A stretch of 63,899 nucleotides of DNA, the filler included. It is 5 parts of 5 records of this genome, joined end to end, with 100 filler letters (N's around TTAATTAATTAA, not from the genome) between each part and the next. Parts side by side here need not be neighbours in the genome. Positions count along the whole stretch, not along the records: positions 16,742 to 30,941 come from SRR20825006_2031; positions 31,042 to 58,744 come from SRR20825006_2039; 3 more parts are not named here. One strand, 5' to 3'. The position numbers were made by a program, and so were the translations under genes. The notes beneath the pieces are model-generated. The model was not told the origin of the DNA, ran no database searches, and saw nothing but the letters and a program-made list of their open reading frames with translations. Shown here in pieces: positions 20,946 to 31,042 of this stretch. Positions within the stretch are counted from its first letter, which is position 1; every line of letters begins with the position of its first letter.

Positions 20946-21974
20946 TTATTCGGGCTTCTTGGCCCGGCGGCCGGTGCGGAACGAGCCGCGCTGGAGATAG
21001 ACTGCCGCCACGATGATCACGCCCTGTACTGCCCCGTTGAGGTAGTTCGAGATGATATCGGTGAGATTGAGGATGTTGCCGATGGCGGTCAGGATCAGCG
21101 CGCCGATCACCGTGCCACCAATGCGGCCATAGCCGCCCTTGAGCATGGTGCCGCCGATGATCACCGCGGCAATGGCCTCGAGTTCCCAGAGCACGCCGGT
21201 GGCCGAAGATGCCGAACCGAGACGCGGCACATAGATGATGGTGGCGAGCGAGACACAGAGGCCTTGCAGGATATAGGTCCAGGTCCGCACCCGGTCGACC
21301 TTGATGGCCGAGTAGCGGGCAACCTGTTCGTTGGAACCGATGGCCATGCAATAGCGCCCGAATGCGGTGCGGTTCATCAGCACCCAGCCGAGCACGGCCA
21401 CGATGATGAAGACCCAGACCGGATAGGGCAGCCCAATGAAGCTGTCGTAATAGACCGGCCGATAGATCTCGCGGGCGCCGCTATTGAGCGAGAGCGTGCC
21501 GCCATCGGCAAAGTAGGTGATCAGCGAGCGATAGATGCCCATCGTGCCCAGGGTCACGATGAAGGCTTCAATCTTCCCCTTGGTGGTCAGGAAGCCGTTG
21601 ATGAAGCCAGCGCCGATGCCCAGGATCAGCGAACATCCAATCCCCAGCAGGACCGTCCAGATTGACGCCCCCATGCTATCCACCGCCGCGTTCATGATGA
21701 TGATCATCATGCCGGCAATGAAGGCGGCCATGGAGCCGACCGAAAGATCAATGCCGCCAGCGGTGATGACGAAAGTCGCGCCGACCGCGATGATGCCGAT
21801 AAAGGCCGAGCGGGTCAGCAGATTTGTGACGTTGCCCTCACCGAGGAAAAGCGGATTGAGGCTATAGCCGAGGATAATCAGCAGGATCAGCGCCAGGAGC
21901 GGTCCTGCTGTCTTGAGATCGAGCCGGAAGCCCTTATGCGGTTTGCTTGCCGTATCAGGCACTGAGACGCTCAT
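20946..21974 (-). CDS. Monosaccharide ABC permease (RbsC-like)
   Basis: GGIDLSVGS, FIVTLGT and ELEAIAAVIIGGT. Confidence 0.9.
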   Translation of the reverse strand: MSVSVPDTASKPHKGFRLDLKTAGPLLALILLIILGYSLNPLFLGEGNVTNLLTRSAFIGIIAVGATFVITAGGIDLSVGSMAAFIAGMMIIIMNAAVDSMGASIWTVLLGIGCSLILGIGAGFINGFLTTKGKIEAFIVTLGTMGIYRSLITYFADGGTLSLNSGAREIYRPVYYDSFIGLPYPVWVFIIVAVLGWVLMNRTAFGRYCMAIGSNEQVARYSAIKVDRVRTWTYILQGLCVSLATIIYVPRLGSASSATGVLWELEAIAAVIIGGTMLKGGYGRIGGTVIGALILTAIGNILNLTDIISNYLNGAVQGVIIVAAVYLQRGSFRTGRRAKKPE

Positions 21975-23496
21975 TTTCTCCACCCTGCTTGATGCCGGCC
22001 GCGTAGCGCATGATCTCGGCTTCGGTAATTTCTGCGCCTTCCAGCACGCCGGCCATGCGCCCCTGGCGCATGACGACAACACGATGGGAAAGGCCGATGA
22101 CTTCCTGCATTTCCGAGGAGATGACGATGATCGCCTTTCCCTCGGCGGCCAACGCCGCGATGATGTGATAGATTTGCTGCTTGGTGCCGACGTCGATGCC
22201 GCGCGTGGGCTCGTCCATGATGACGATCTCTGGATCGCTTTCCATGGTCTTGCCGAGCATCAGTTTCTGCTGGTTGCCACCGGAGAGCTTGCCAACCTGC
22301 ACCGAAGGATCGCGGGCGCGGATATCGAAGCGGCGCACGGCACGGTCCAGCGCCTGAGCCTCGCTTCGTCCATCGAGAAAGCCCATTTTGAGGTGCTTCT
22401 TCAGGGTCAGCAAAGTCAGGTTGGGCTGGAGACCTGCATTGAGCAGAAGCCCCCGCCCCTTCCGGTCCTTGGTCATGTAGGCCAGGCCCGCCGCAACAGA
22501 TTTGGAAACGTCGGAATAGTCGGCGGGTGCACCATTGACGAAAACCTCTCCGCCGGTCTTCGCGTTCAGGCCAGCAATTGCTTCGGCCACAGCGGTACGC
22601 CCAGATCCGATCAGCCCGGCAAAGCCCAGGATTTCGCCGCGCCTCAAGTCAAAAGAGATGTCCGAAATACCCGGCGCGGACAGCCCCCGAACCGACAGCA
22701 CGACTTCAGTGTCGACATCAGGTTCGTGCTTGGGCGGATAAAGATTGGACAGTTCGCGGCCAACCATCATCTGGGCGATGGAATCGGGGGTCAGGTTTTC
22801 GGTCCCGACAGTGGCGATCAACTGGCCGTCGCGCAGCACGGTGACGCGGTCGGCCAGTTCCATGATCTCGTCGAGCTTGTGAGAGATAAAGATCACCGCC
22901 ACGCCCTTGGCCGTCAGGCGGCGCACCTGTTCGAACAGGGTGCGGCTTTCAGCGATGGACAGCACGGCGGTCGGTTCGTCCATGATGATGACGCGGGCAT
23001 CGCGGCTGATGGCCTTGGCGATTTCGACCATCTGCTTGTCGGCCACCGACAGGGTGTTGATCCGCGCGTCGGGATCGATGGAGACGTGCAGAGTGTCCAG
23101 AATGGCCTTGGCCTGGTCGCGCATCGCCTTGAGATCGAGGAAAGGCCCAGATTTCAATTCGCGCCCGAGAAAGATCGAGTCCGCGACCGAGAGGTGCTCT
23201 GCCAGCAGCAATTCCTGGTGGATCACGACGATCCCCAAGGCCGCGGCCTCGCCATTGGGGGGCAGAACGACTTTCTCCCCATCATAGGTGATGGTGCCGG
23301 AAGTCGGCTGCTCAATGCCCGAAAGGATCTTGATCAGGGTGGATTTGCCAGCGCCATTCTCACCGATGATGGCGTGGACCTCACCGGGACGAACATCGAA
23401 ATCGATGCTGAACAGCACTGGGATTTCACCGAAGGATTTCGAGATGCGGCTGGCCGACAGAATCGACGGCACATTGGCGTCTGGCGCTTCGGCCAT
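21955..23496 (-). CDS. Monosaccharide ABC ATP-binding protein with two NBDs (RbsA-like)
   Basis: GENGAGKSTL, MDEPTA, LSGGNQQK and DEPTRGIDVG. Confidence 0.92.
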   Translation of the reverse strand: MAEAPDANVPSILSASRISKSFGEIPVLFSIDFDVRPGEVHAIIGENGAGKSTLIKILSGIEQPTSGTITYDGEKVVLPPNGEAAALGIVVIHQELLLAEHLSVADSIFLGRELKSGPFLDLKAMRDQAKAILDTLHVSIDPDARINTLSVADKQMVEIAKAISRDARVIIMDEPTAVLSIAESRTLFEQVRRLTAKGVAVIFISHKLDEIMELADRVTVLRDGQLIATVGTENLTPDSIAQMMVGRELSNLYPPKHEPDVDTEVVLSVRGLSAPGISDISFDLRRGEILGFAGLIGSGRTAVAEAIAGLNAKTGGEVFVNGAPADYSDVSKSVAAGLAYMTKDRKGRGLLLNAGLQPNLTLLTLKKHLKMGFLDGRSEAQALDRAVRRFDIRARDPSVQVGKLSGGNQQKLMLGKTMESDPEIVIMDEPTRGIDVGTKQQIYHIIAALAAEGKAIIVISSEMQEVIGLSHRVVVMRQGRMAGVLEGAEITEAEIMRYAAGIKQGGENERLSA

Positions 23497-23559
23497 GTCG
23501 CGTCTCCTCCCCTGAACCCGGCTCTGCTTGATGCAACGCTCATTTGGTTCTGATCGATG

Positions 23560-23616
23560 ATGTAAAGGTTTTCATGGATTATGTAAAGGTTTACAGTGGT
23601 CGAAATCGGTTTATCG
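23560..23616. promoter_or_regulatory. Tandem LacI-type operators
   Basis: ATGTAAAGGTTTTCAT (23560-23575), ATGTAAAGGTTTACAG (23581-23596) and a weaker CGAAATCGGTTTATCG (23601-23616), between the divergent ABC operon and lacI gene. Confidence 0.7.
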
Positions 23617-23705
23617 CTGTGGAGACGCCGTAGCCAAAGCTACGGCTTCTGCTAAAGGCGGAGGTGCGTTGGGCTTTTTGGCCCGGGGCGGGGGCGGAGA
23701 GCCAA

Positions 23706-24728
23706 GTGCTGCAGCAAAAGCTGGCCACAATCGAGGATGTTGCCGCCATGGCCGGGGTGTCCATCGCCACGGTCAGCCGCGCGATCAACGAGCCGACCAA
23801 GGTGGCCGATGCGACGCGCCGCAAGGTCACCGATGCCATTGCCCGCACCGGCTATACCACCAATGCAATGGCCCGCTCGCTGCGCATGCGGCGTAGCAAT
23901 ATGATCCTCATTCTTGCCCCTGATGTCGGGGATCCGAACTTCTCCAACATTCTGGTGGGCCTTGAGACCGAAGCGAGCAAGCGCGGCTATGGCCTTTTGA
24001 TCGGCAATACCCAGAACGATCCCAGCCGGGAGACCGACTATCTGCGCTTCATCAGCTCCAACCAGGCGGACGGGTTGATCCTGTTCACCGGCCACTTGCC
24101 CTTCGGGCTCGGCCAGTCACCAGCGGATGCGCGCCTGCCGCCCATGGTGGCGGTCAATGAACCGGTGCTGGGCCAGGACATTCCCTTTGTCGGGGTCGAC
24201 AATTTTGAAGGCGCGCGCATTGCGGCGGAACACCTGGTTTCGCAGGGCCATCGCCGCATCGCCTTTGTCGGACGGGCACCCAATCGCGAGATCAACCGGC
24301 TGCGTGAGGATGGCTATCGGGCGGCCCTTGGCGGGGCAGGAATCAGCATCGATCCGCGCCTAATCATTGACGGAGACGGCACCACAGAAAGCGGCCGGGC
24401 CGCGGCCGAATTGATGTTCGTGCGCGATGCCCTGCCCACGGCCTTTCTCTGCGTCAATGACGCAACGGCCATGGGCGTGATCATTGCCCTCAATGCCCGC
24501 CGTTATGACCTGCCCCGGCAATTCTCGGTGATGGGGTTTGACGACATTTCCTTTGCCAGCTTCATCACCCCCTCGCTGACCACCATGAAGCAGCCGCGTC
24601 ATCGCATGGGGGAAGCCGCGATGGAATTGCTGCTGACGCTGCTGGCCGGCGAGCAGCCAAAATCACGCGAAGTGCTGCTGCGCGCCGAACTCATCCTGCG
24701 CAATTCGGTTTCGCGACCGCCGGGCTGA
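23706..24728 (+). CDS. LacI-family transcriptional regulator
   Basis: TIEDVAAMAGVSIATVSR HTH, ARSLR hinge, SVMGFDD and PSLTT. Probable GTG start after GGAG. Confidence 0.92.
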   Translation: MLQQKLATIEDVAAMAGVSIATVSRAINEPTKVADATRRKVTDAIARTGYTTNAMARSLRMRRSNMILILAPDVGDPNFSNILVGLETEASKRGYGLLIGNTQNDPSRETDYLRFISSNQADGLILFTGHLPFGLGQSPADARLPPMVAVNEPVLGQDIPFVGVDNFEGARIAAEHLVSQGHRRIAFVGRAPNREINRLREDGYRAALGGAGISIDPRLIIDGDGTTESGRAAAELMFVRDALPTAFLCVNDATAMGVIIALNARRYDLPRQFSVMGFDDISFASFITPSLTTMKQPRHRMGEAAMELLLTLLAGEQPKSREVLLRAELILRNSVSRPPG

Positions 24729-24731
24729 TGT

Positions 24732-25757
24732 TCAGTCGCCGCTGCGCCATTGCGGCTGTGGCTCTGCAAGGGTCTGCAGGTCCTTGATGGGCGCACCATC
24801 AATGCGCAGTCGCAAAAGCCTGGTCAGTTCAATGCCTGCACCCAGAATATCCTCCCGCACGCTGTCGAGGTGCGGGAACATTGTGGGCAGAATGCCCGAG
24901 GTCTGCTTGTAAACCAGATGCACGTCCTCACCGACCACCACCCCGGCTTCCAGCAAGCCGCCCAGGAGAGCCAGAGCCCGCATTTCGCTGTCACAGATGA
25001 TGCCATCGGGGCGATCAGCGGACCGCGAGAGCTCAATACCCTTGGCGCGCATTTCGGCCGGGGTCAGGCCAGCCGTGCGTTCGAGCAATGTGGTCTCGAT
25101 CCCGTTGCGTGCGGCGGCCTTATGAAAGGCCGTGACAATGTTGTGGTAGTTGGTGGTGCTGTCGTCGCCGATCACCAGCAGCACCCTGTGGCAGCCCTTT
25201 CCGGCGAGCCGCTCCACAGCCATGCTCGCAAAATCCTCGGCATGAAAGTCGTGGTAGGGGTGCGGAGTAAAGAATTCGGTCCGGCCGTGGCTGACAAAGG
25301 GGAAATCGGCGTCCACCATCATCTGCACTCTGGGGTCGCGCGGACCGGTATGGGTGATGATCACCCCGTCCGCAGTGCGGTTCTCCAGAATATAGCGGAT
25401 GGTATCGGTGGAATGCCGGTCGAATTCCGGAGTCACATTGAGATGATAGGGTGTGCCCTTGAGCGCCTGGCCGATGCCCTGGATCATCTGGCGGGCAAAA
25501 TCGATTGAATCTTCGGCGCCATCCAGCACCAGGGCCAGCACATTGGTCTTGCCGGTGCGCAGACGTACCCCCGCCCTGTCGGGCACATAGCCCAGCGCCT
25601 TGGCAGCCGCTGCCACCTTGTCGCGGGTTTCCTGCTTGAGCGTGGTGCCGCCCCGCAGCGAGAGCGAGACCGTGGACAGGCTCAGCCCGGTGGCCTCAGC
25701 GATGGTTTTCAGTGTGACGCGCCCCTTGGCCGAAGGCCCGGGCCTGTTCTTGTGCAT
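24732..25757 (-). CDS. LacI-family transcriptional regulator
   Basis: TLKTIAEATGLSLSTVSLSL HTH and GYVPDRAGVRLRTGKT hinge. Confidence 0.9.
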   Translation of the reverse strand: MHKNRPGPSAKGRVTLKTIAEATGLSLSTVSLSLRGGTTLKQETRDKVAAAAKALGYVPDRAGVRLRTGKTNVLALVLDGAEDSIDFARQMIQGIGQALKGTPYHLNVTPEFDRHSTDTIRYILENRTADGVIITHTGPRDPRVQMMVDADFPFVSHGRTEFFTPHPYHDFHAEDFASMAVERLAGKGCHRVLLVIGDDSTTNYHNIVTAFHKAAARNGIETTLLERTAGLTPAEMRAKGIELSRSADRPDGIICDSEMRALALLGGLLEAGVVVGEDVHLVYKQTSGILPTMFPHLDSVREDILGAGIELTRLLRLRIDGAPIKDLQTLAEPQPQWRSGD

Positions 25758-25815
25758 GCGGCAAAGTCCCCTGACCGCCTACATAGCAGAGCCAGGCGCC
25801 TGAGTGTACCCAACT

Positions 25816-25952
25816 TTGATGCAACGCTGCAAACGTTACAACTCCGGAAAACCCACAGGATGAAATCACCATAAAACTCTGATTTTAAGTGATTTTAGAA
25901 CCTTCCATGCTCAGCAACACGATTTCTCAGTATGTTAAATTGCAACGTTGCA
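25816..25952. promoter_or_regulatory. LacI-type operator sites
   Basis: Perfect palindrome TGCAACGTTGCA (25941-25952) and near copy TGCAACGCTGCA (25820-25831) in the divergent lacI/SBP spacer. Confidence 0.7.
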
Positions 25953-26038
25953 GCTGATATGCTTAGTTATGCTCATACGCCGGAAGAGGAACCGGCGCCT
26001 GCCGCAGACGCGGCAGGCAACATCACAGGGAGGTGTGT

Positions 26039-27355
26039 ATGCTTAAGAAAGTTCTGCTGGGGAGCGTTGCTGCCCTGGCCATGACGAGCGCCCTTTCGGC
26101 GCCGGCACGGGCCGAAGTCTCGTTCATGTATGCCGAATGGATCGCCGCATTGGTCGAGCCGGGCATCGAGGCCTTTGAGGCCGAAACCGGTGAAACGGTC
26201 AACGCCATCAAGCTGCCCGGACAGGGCTATGACCAGCGCATCGCGCTGGACCTCTCGGCGGGCACGGCTGCCGATGTCAACCTGATGGACAGCTTCATGG
26301 TGTCAGAGCTGGCCTCGGCCGGCTATCTGCATCCGCTCGACGAGCTGCTCGCCGGCTGGGATCAGTTCCAATACTACATGCCGGGCCTGCTCGAGGTCGC
26401 GTCTTATCAGGGCCAGGTCTATGCCCTGCCCACCGACACCGATGTGCGCATGCTCTGGTATGATCTGTCGAATTTCGAGAAGGCCGGCATTCCTACCCCT
26501 TGGGAACCCAAGACATGGGATGACGTGCTCGATGCCGCCCAGAAGCTCAAGGATGCGGGCGTACGCTATCCGTTCCAGCTTCCCGCAGGCACCAAGCAGG
26601 CAGAAGCTGCCACCATGCAGGGCGTCTATATGGCGCTGCTTGGCGCCGATGTTCCCGAGGGGGACCGCAATCGCCTACTGAACCGCGAAACAGGTCAGTG
26701 GATTGGCGACAGCCCCGCCCTGCGCCGCACGTTCGACCTGTTCCACCAGGTCTATGTCGAGCGCGAGCTGAACACGGCCGAGCTGAACTACGCCACCGAT
26801 ATCGGCGCTGCGGTGCGTGCGGCCCTGGCGGCCGATGAACTGGGCATCCTGGCCTCCGGCTCATGGGAAGACGCATGCCTTTGGGACTGCAACAACCCAC
26901 CCAGCCGCGAGGAGCGCGACGCCACAGTCGCGTGGACGCCATGGCCGGGCTCCGGCGTCGAGGGCGCCAAGACCACCACCAATATCTCTGGCGGCTGGAC
27001 CATCGGCATCAATGCCAATGCGGCCGACAAGGACATGGCCTTCAAGCTGATCACCTCGATCTTTGACGAGGGCAACTTCAAGGAATGGACGCTGGCCAAT
27101 CACCGCATGGCGGTACGGACCGATATTTCGGAATCCCCCGAATATACGGCCGATCCGTTCCTGGCAGAGGCCACCAAGCTGGCGGCCGATACCACGGGTC
27201 GTGACACGGTTCCTGGCTACCAGACGGTCTCGGCCCTGATCCAGCAGGCGACTGCCGATATTCTCGATGGTGTGCCGCCTGATGAGGTGGTCCAGGAATA
27301 TCACGACGCGCTGGTCGACGAGTTCGGCGAAGAAAACGTCATCACCTACGAATAA
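26039..27355 (+). CDS. Oligosaccharide ABC substrate-binding protein (CUT1)
   Basis: GGGAGG RBS, signal peptide, GQVYALPTDTDVRMLWY and SGGWTIGI. Confidence 0.88.
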   Translation: MLKKVLLGSVAALAMTSALSAPARAEVSFMYAEWIAALVEPGIEAFEAETGETVNAIKLPGQGYDQRIALDLSAGTAADVNLMDSFMVSELASAGYLHPLDELLAGWDQFQYYMPGLLEVASYQGQVYALPTDTDVRMLWYDLSNFEKAGIPTPWEPKTWDDVLDAAQKLKDAGVRYPFQLPAGTKQAEAATMQGVYMALLGADVPEGDRNRLLNRETGQWIGDSPALRRTFDLFHQVYVERELNTAELNYATDIGAAVRAALAADELGILASGSWEDACLWDCNNPPSREERDATVAWTPWPGSGVEGAKTTTNISGGWTIGINANAADKDMAFKLITSIFDEGNFKEWTLANHRMAVRTDISESPEYTADPFLAEATKLAADTTGRDTVPGYQTVSALIQQATADILDGVPPDEVVQEYHDALVDEFGEENVITYE

Positions 27356-27366
27356 CCTGACCAACT

Positions 27367-27409
27367 GCCGGCGGCGTCAATGTCCTCCTGACGTCGCCGG
27401 CTTTTTCTT
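27367..27409 (+). terminator. Stem-loop plus U-tract after the SBP gene
   Basis: GCCGGCGGCGTCA...TGACGTCGCCGGC followed by TTTTTCTT. Confidence 0.6.
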
Positions 27410-27475
27410 CACATGTCGAACGGCGCACCCGGTCCGGATCGCCGCACTTGCAAGCAGCCCAACCAAGAGGCGTCG

Positions 27476-28366
27476 ATGAAGAACCAGGCCAATCCTTGGC
27501 TCACCAGCAATCTCTGGGTCCTGGGTCTGGGTATGCTGCCCGCTATCCTGCTGATCGGCATCCTGCTTTATTTCACCGCCTGGGCCTTCGCCTTCAGCTT
27601 CACTGACCTGGCCCTGGTGGGCCGCAAGAGCGTGGAATGGAGCTGGGTGGGCCTCGAAAACTTCGAGCGCCTGTTTACGCGCCGGGGCTTTCTTGAGTCC
27701 TTGTGGACCACCGTCATATTCGTGTTCTTCTCGGCCATAGTCGGCCAGTCGGTGCTTGGCTTCCTGCTCGCTGCAGCCCTGCGCGGATCGCGCTCTATGC
27801 TGCGCAGCGTGGTGGAAGTCTGCATCATGCTGGGCTGGCTCCTGCCCGATATCGTCGCGGCCTTCCTGTGGTCGGCGACCACGGCACAGACCGGACTGAT
27901 CAACCAGCTCATCATCACCCCGCTCGGCCTGCCGCCGGTCAATTTCATCAATGACTACGCGCTGCCCGTCGTCACCATTGCCAATATCTGGAAAGGGACC
28001 GCCTGGTCCTACCTGCTGTTCTCGGCGGCCCTGGATTCCGTCAGCCGTGAGGTGGTGGAAGCGGCCAAGGTCGATGGCGCGACGCCATTGCAGCGGATCT
28101 GGCTGGTGCAATTGCCGATCATCCGGCCACACATCGCCACCAATATGCTGTTCATCACCATCTGGACCTTCACCTACTTCCCGCTGATTTTCGCCATGAC
28201 AGGCGGAGGACCGGGCCGGCAGACCGAGACGCTGGCTGTGTTCCTCTACAATCAGAGTTTTGCGCGCGGCAATCTTGGCTTCGGCTCGGCCATCTCGGTC
28301 GCCATGCTCGCCATTGTGGGCTTCCTGTCCCTGTTCTATCTGCGCCTGTTGCGGGAGCCCAAGTAA
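27476..28366 (+). CDS. Carbohydrate ABC permease (MalF-like)
   Basis: WVGLENF, EAA loop EAAKVDGA and MTGGGP. Confidence 0.9.
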   Translation: MKNQANPWLTSNLWVLGLGMLPAILLIGILLYFTAWAFAFSFTDLALVGRKSVEWSWVGLENFERLFTRRGFLESLWTTVIFVFFSAIVGQSVLGFLLAAALRGSRSMLRSVVEVCIMLGWLLPDIVAAFLWSATTAQTGLINQLIITPLGLPPVNFINDYALPVVTIANIWKGTAWSYLLFSAALDSVSREVVEAAKVDGATPLQRIWLVQLPIIRPHIATNMLFITIWTFTYFPLIFAMTGGGPGRQTETLAVFLYNQSFARGNLGFGSAISVAMLAIVGFLSLFYLRLLREPK

Positions 28367-29179
28367 ATGGAATCCACCCAACCCTCACGTCTCACGGCCA
28401 TTGCGCTGACTTTCATGGCCGTGATCTGGGTCAGCCCGTTTTCCTGGCTCATCCTGAATGCCTTCAACCCGCTCTCGACGGGCCAGCTTGAGATCCCCAG
28501 CGTTGTCGGGCTCGACAATTTCGGCGAGGCGATCAGCGGCAATGCGGGGCGACAGTTCATCAATTCCATGCTGATTGCGGCGGGTACGGCCACACTCAGC
28601 GTCGTGGTCGGCATTTCCGCTGCCTATCCGCTGTCGCGTCTCAAAATCCCGGGCCGCAATGCCTTTCTCTGGGCCCTGGTGCTGCTGCGCATGCTGCCGG
28701 CGGCGGGGGTGCTCGTGCCGCTCTATTTCACAGCGCAGCGTACCGGCCTGCTCAACCAGCTCGGCGTCATCATCGCGCTGACCATTCTCAACCTGCCCTT
28801 CACCCTGCTGCTGCTCAAGAATTTCTTCGACACCGTGCCGATCGAGCTCGAAGAAGCAGCCTATGTGGAGGGCGCCAGCCTTTTCCAGATTGTCACACGA
28901 ATCGTATTGCCCATGTCGCGGGCCGGTATCGCGGTGGTCTGGTTCTTCAGCTTCACCGGCGCCTGGAACGAATTCCTGCTGCCGTTGATCTTTGCGCGCG
29001 TGCAGGATGCCTTTCCCATGTCGGTGGGGCTCTACGCTGCTTTCGGGCAGCAGGGCGCCATCAACTACGGGTTCCTGACGGCCTTTTCCATTATCTACGC
29101 TGCGCCGGCGGTCGGCGTGTATTTCTTGTTACGGCGGAACATGAACACAGGGTTCGCCGGTGTCGGAGTCAAAGGATGA
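28367..29179 (+). CDS. Carbohydrate ABC permease (MalG-like)
   Basis: FFDTVPIELEEAAYVEGAS and AWNEF. Confidence 0.9.
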   Translation: MESTQPSRLTAIALTFMAVIWVSPFSWLILNAFNPLSTGQLEIPSVVGLDNFGEAISGNAGRQFINSMLIAAGTATLSVVVGISAAYPLSRLKIPGRNAFLWALVLLRMLPAAGVLVPLYFTAQRTGLLNQLGVIIALTILNLPFTLLLLKNFFDTVPIELEEAAYVEGASLFQIVTRIVLPMSRAGIAVVWFFSFTGAWNEFLLPLIFARVQDAFPMSVGLYAAFGQQGAINYGFLTAFSIIYAAPAVGVYFLLRRNMNTGFAGVGVKG

Positions 29180-30941
29180 CCTATTCCAATCCCCTCTCGT
29201 CCAAACTGGGTTTGCTGGACGACGATCTCAAGCAAGAGGGCAAGCTGCTGCGCCTGTGCGCGGACCTGGAAAAGAAAATCCGGACGCCCCTCAGCAATGT
29301 GCCATTCCAATGGCATGTGCAACGTTCCGACAATTTCTCTTCCGCTGATGCTCTCGCTGCAGATTGGCGGAACTGGGAGCAGTTCGGCCGCCATTCGGTC
29401 TGGGGCAAGCACCAGGAACATACCTGGTTCGCTGCCGAGATTACCGTGCCCGAAGAAGCGCGTGGCAAGGTCTTCGTCGCCCATTTCACCAGCCAGTGGC
29501 AGGATCGCCCCGGTTCGACCGACCCGCAATGTCTTGCCTATCTCGACGGCAAGATCGCCCAGGCGCTGGACGGCAACCATACCGAACTGGTGATCGAGCG
29601 CGACGCCAAGCCCGGCAACAAGCACGTCCTGCTGGTCAACGCCTTCACCTTTTTCGACCGGCCTCTGGTCGGTTTCGAGGTGGATTTCTTCATCCGAAAC
29701 GAGCGCGCCGAAAAGCTCTATTACGACCTGCAGACGCCCGTCGACGTCGCCATTTTGCTGCAACAGAGCGATCCGCGCCGACACGCTATTCTCAGTATCG
29801 TGCAAAGGGCTTTGCGGGCGCTAGACCGGCGCGACGGTCATACTGACGCCTTCGAGGCCGGCCTGCCGGAAGCCGAAAAGATAGCCCAGGAAATCTACGA
29901 TCTCGTCGACACCGAGGTGCAACCGCAGATCACCGCTGTCGGCTCGACCCATCTCGATGTGGGGTGGCTCTGGCGGGTCATGCACACCCGCGACAAGACT
30001 GGTCGCAGCTTTGCCACGGTGCTCAACCTGATGGAGGAGTATCCGCAGTTCGTCTTCATGTACAACCAGTCGGTGCTCTTCGATTTCCTCAAAAAGGATT
30101 ACCCGGAAATCTGGGATCGGATGATGGCGCGGATCAAGTCCGGCCAGTTCGAGATCGAAGGCGCCATGTGGGTGGAGCCGGACGTCAATATCGCCTCGGG
30201 CGAGAGCCTCGTCCGCCAGATCATGCGCGGCCGCCGCTTCCATCTGGAGAATTTCGGGGTCGACCCCAAGACCGTCTGGCTGCCCGACACCTTCGGCTAT
30301 TCGGCCAACCTGCCGCAGATCATGGACAAGTCGGGGCTCAAATATTTCGTCACGTCCAAGCTGAGCTGGAACGACACTGACCGGCATCCTTACGACACCT
30401 TCTTCTGGCGCGGCATCGATGGCACCACCACCAAGGCGCAGCTCATTACCGCCCAAAAATATGACAGCGAGCAGATCTTCACGACCTATAATGGCGATCT
30501 CTCGGTCTCGGAAACCATGGGGGCCTGGAAGCGCTACGAGCCCAAGGCCGCCTATGACGAGGTCGTCATGTCCTATGGCTATGGCGATGGCGGCGGCGGG
30601 CCGACCCGCGCCATGATCGAGCGCGGCACCCGGCTGGAGCGCGGCATTCCCGGCGCGCCCAGGGTCAAGCTTGAAGGTATCGTTCCCTTCCTTGATCGGC
30701 TGGGCAAGGCGATGGACGCAGAGCCTGGCAGGTTCCCAGTGTGGAATGGCGAGCTCTACTTGCAATATCACCGCGGCACGCTGACCTCAGTGGCCAAGAA
30801 CAAGGCCAACAACCGCAATTCGGAGCGCCGCCTACGCGAGCTGGAAATGCTAGGTGCCATTGCCCTAGCCACGGCTGGTCACGCCTATCCCAGCGAGACG
30901 CTGGCCGAGTTCTGGGAGCTGGTGCTGATCAACCAGTTCCA
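29176..30941 (+). CDS. GH38 alpha-mannosidase (3'-truncated)
   Basis: HLDVGWLW zinc motif, GESLVRQ, nucleophile motif WLPDTFG, YGYGDGGGGP, GELYLQYHRGT and LINQF. Confidence 0.92.
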
Positions 30942-31041
30942 NNNNNNNNNNNNNNNNNNNNNNNNNNNNNNNNNNNNNNNNNNNNTTAATTAATTAANNN
31001 NNNNNNNNNNNNNNNNNNNNNNNNNNNNNNNNNNNNNNNNN
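30942..31041. other. Artificial contig-joining linker
   Basis: 44 N + TTAATTAATTAA + 44 N. Confidence 0.97.
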
Positions 31042-31042
31042 T

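Noticed and set aside
21913..23553. 546-aa plus-strand ORF
   Set aside because: Antisense shadow of the ABC ATPase.
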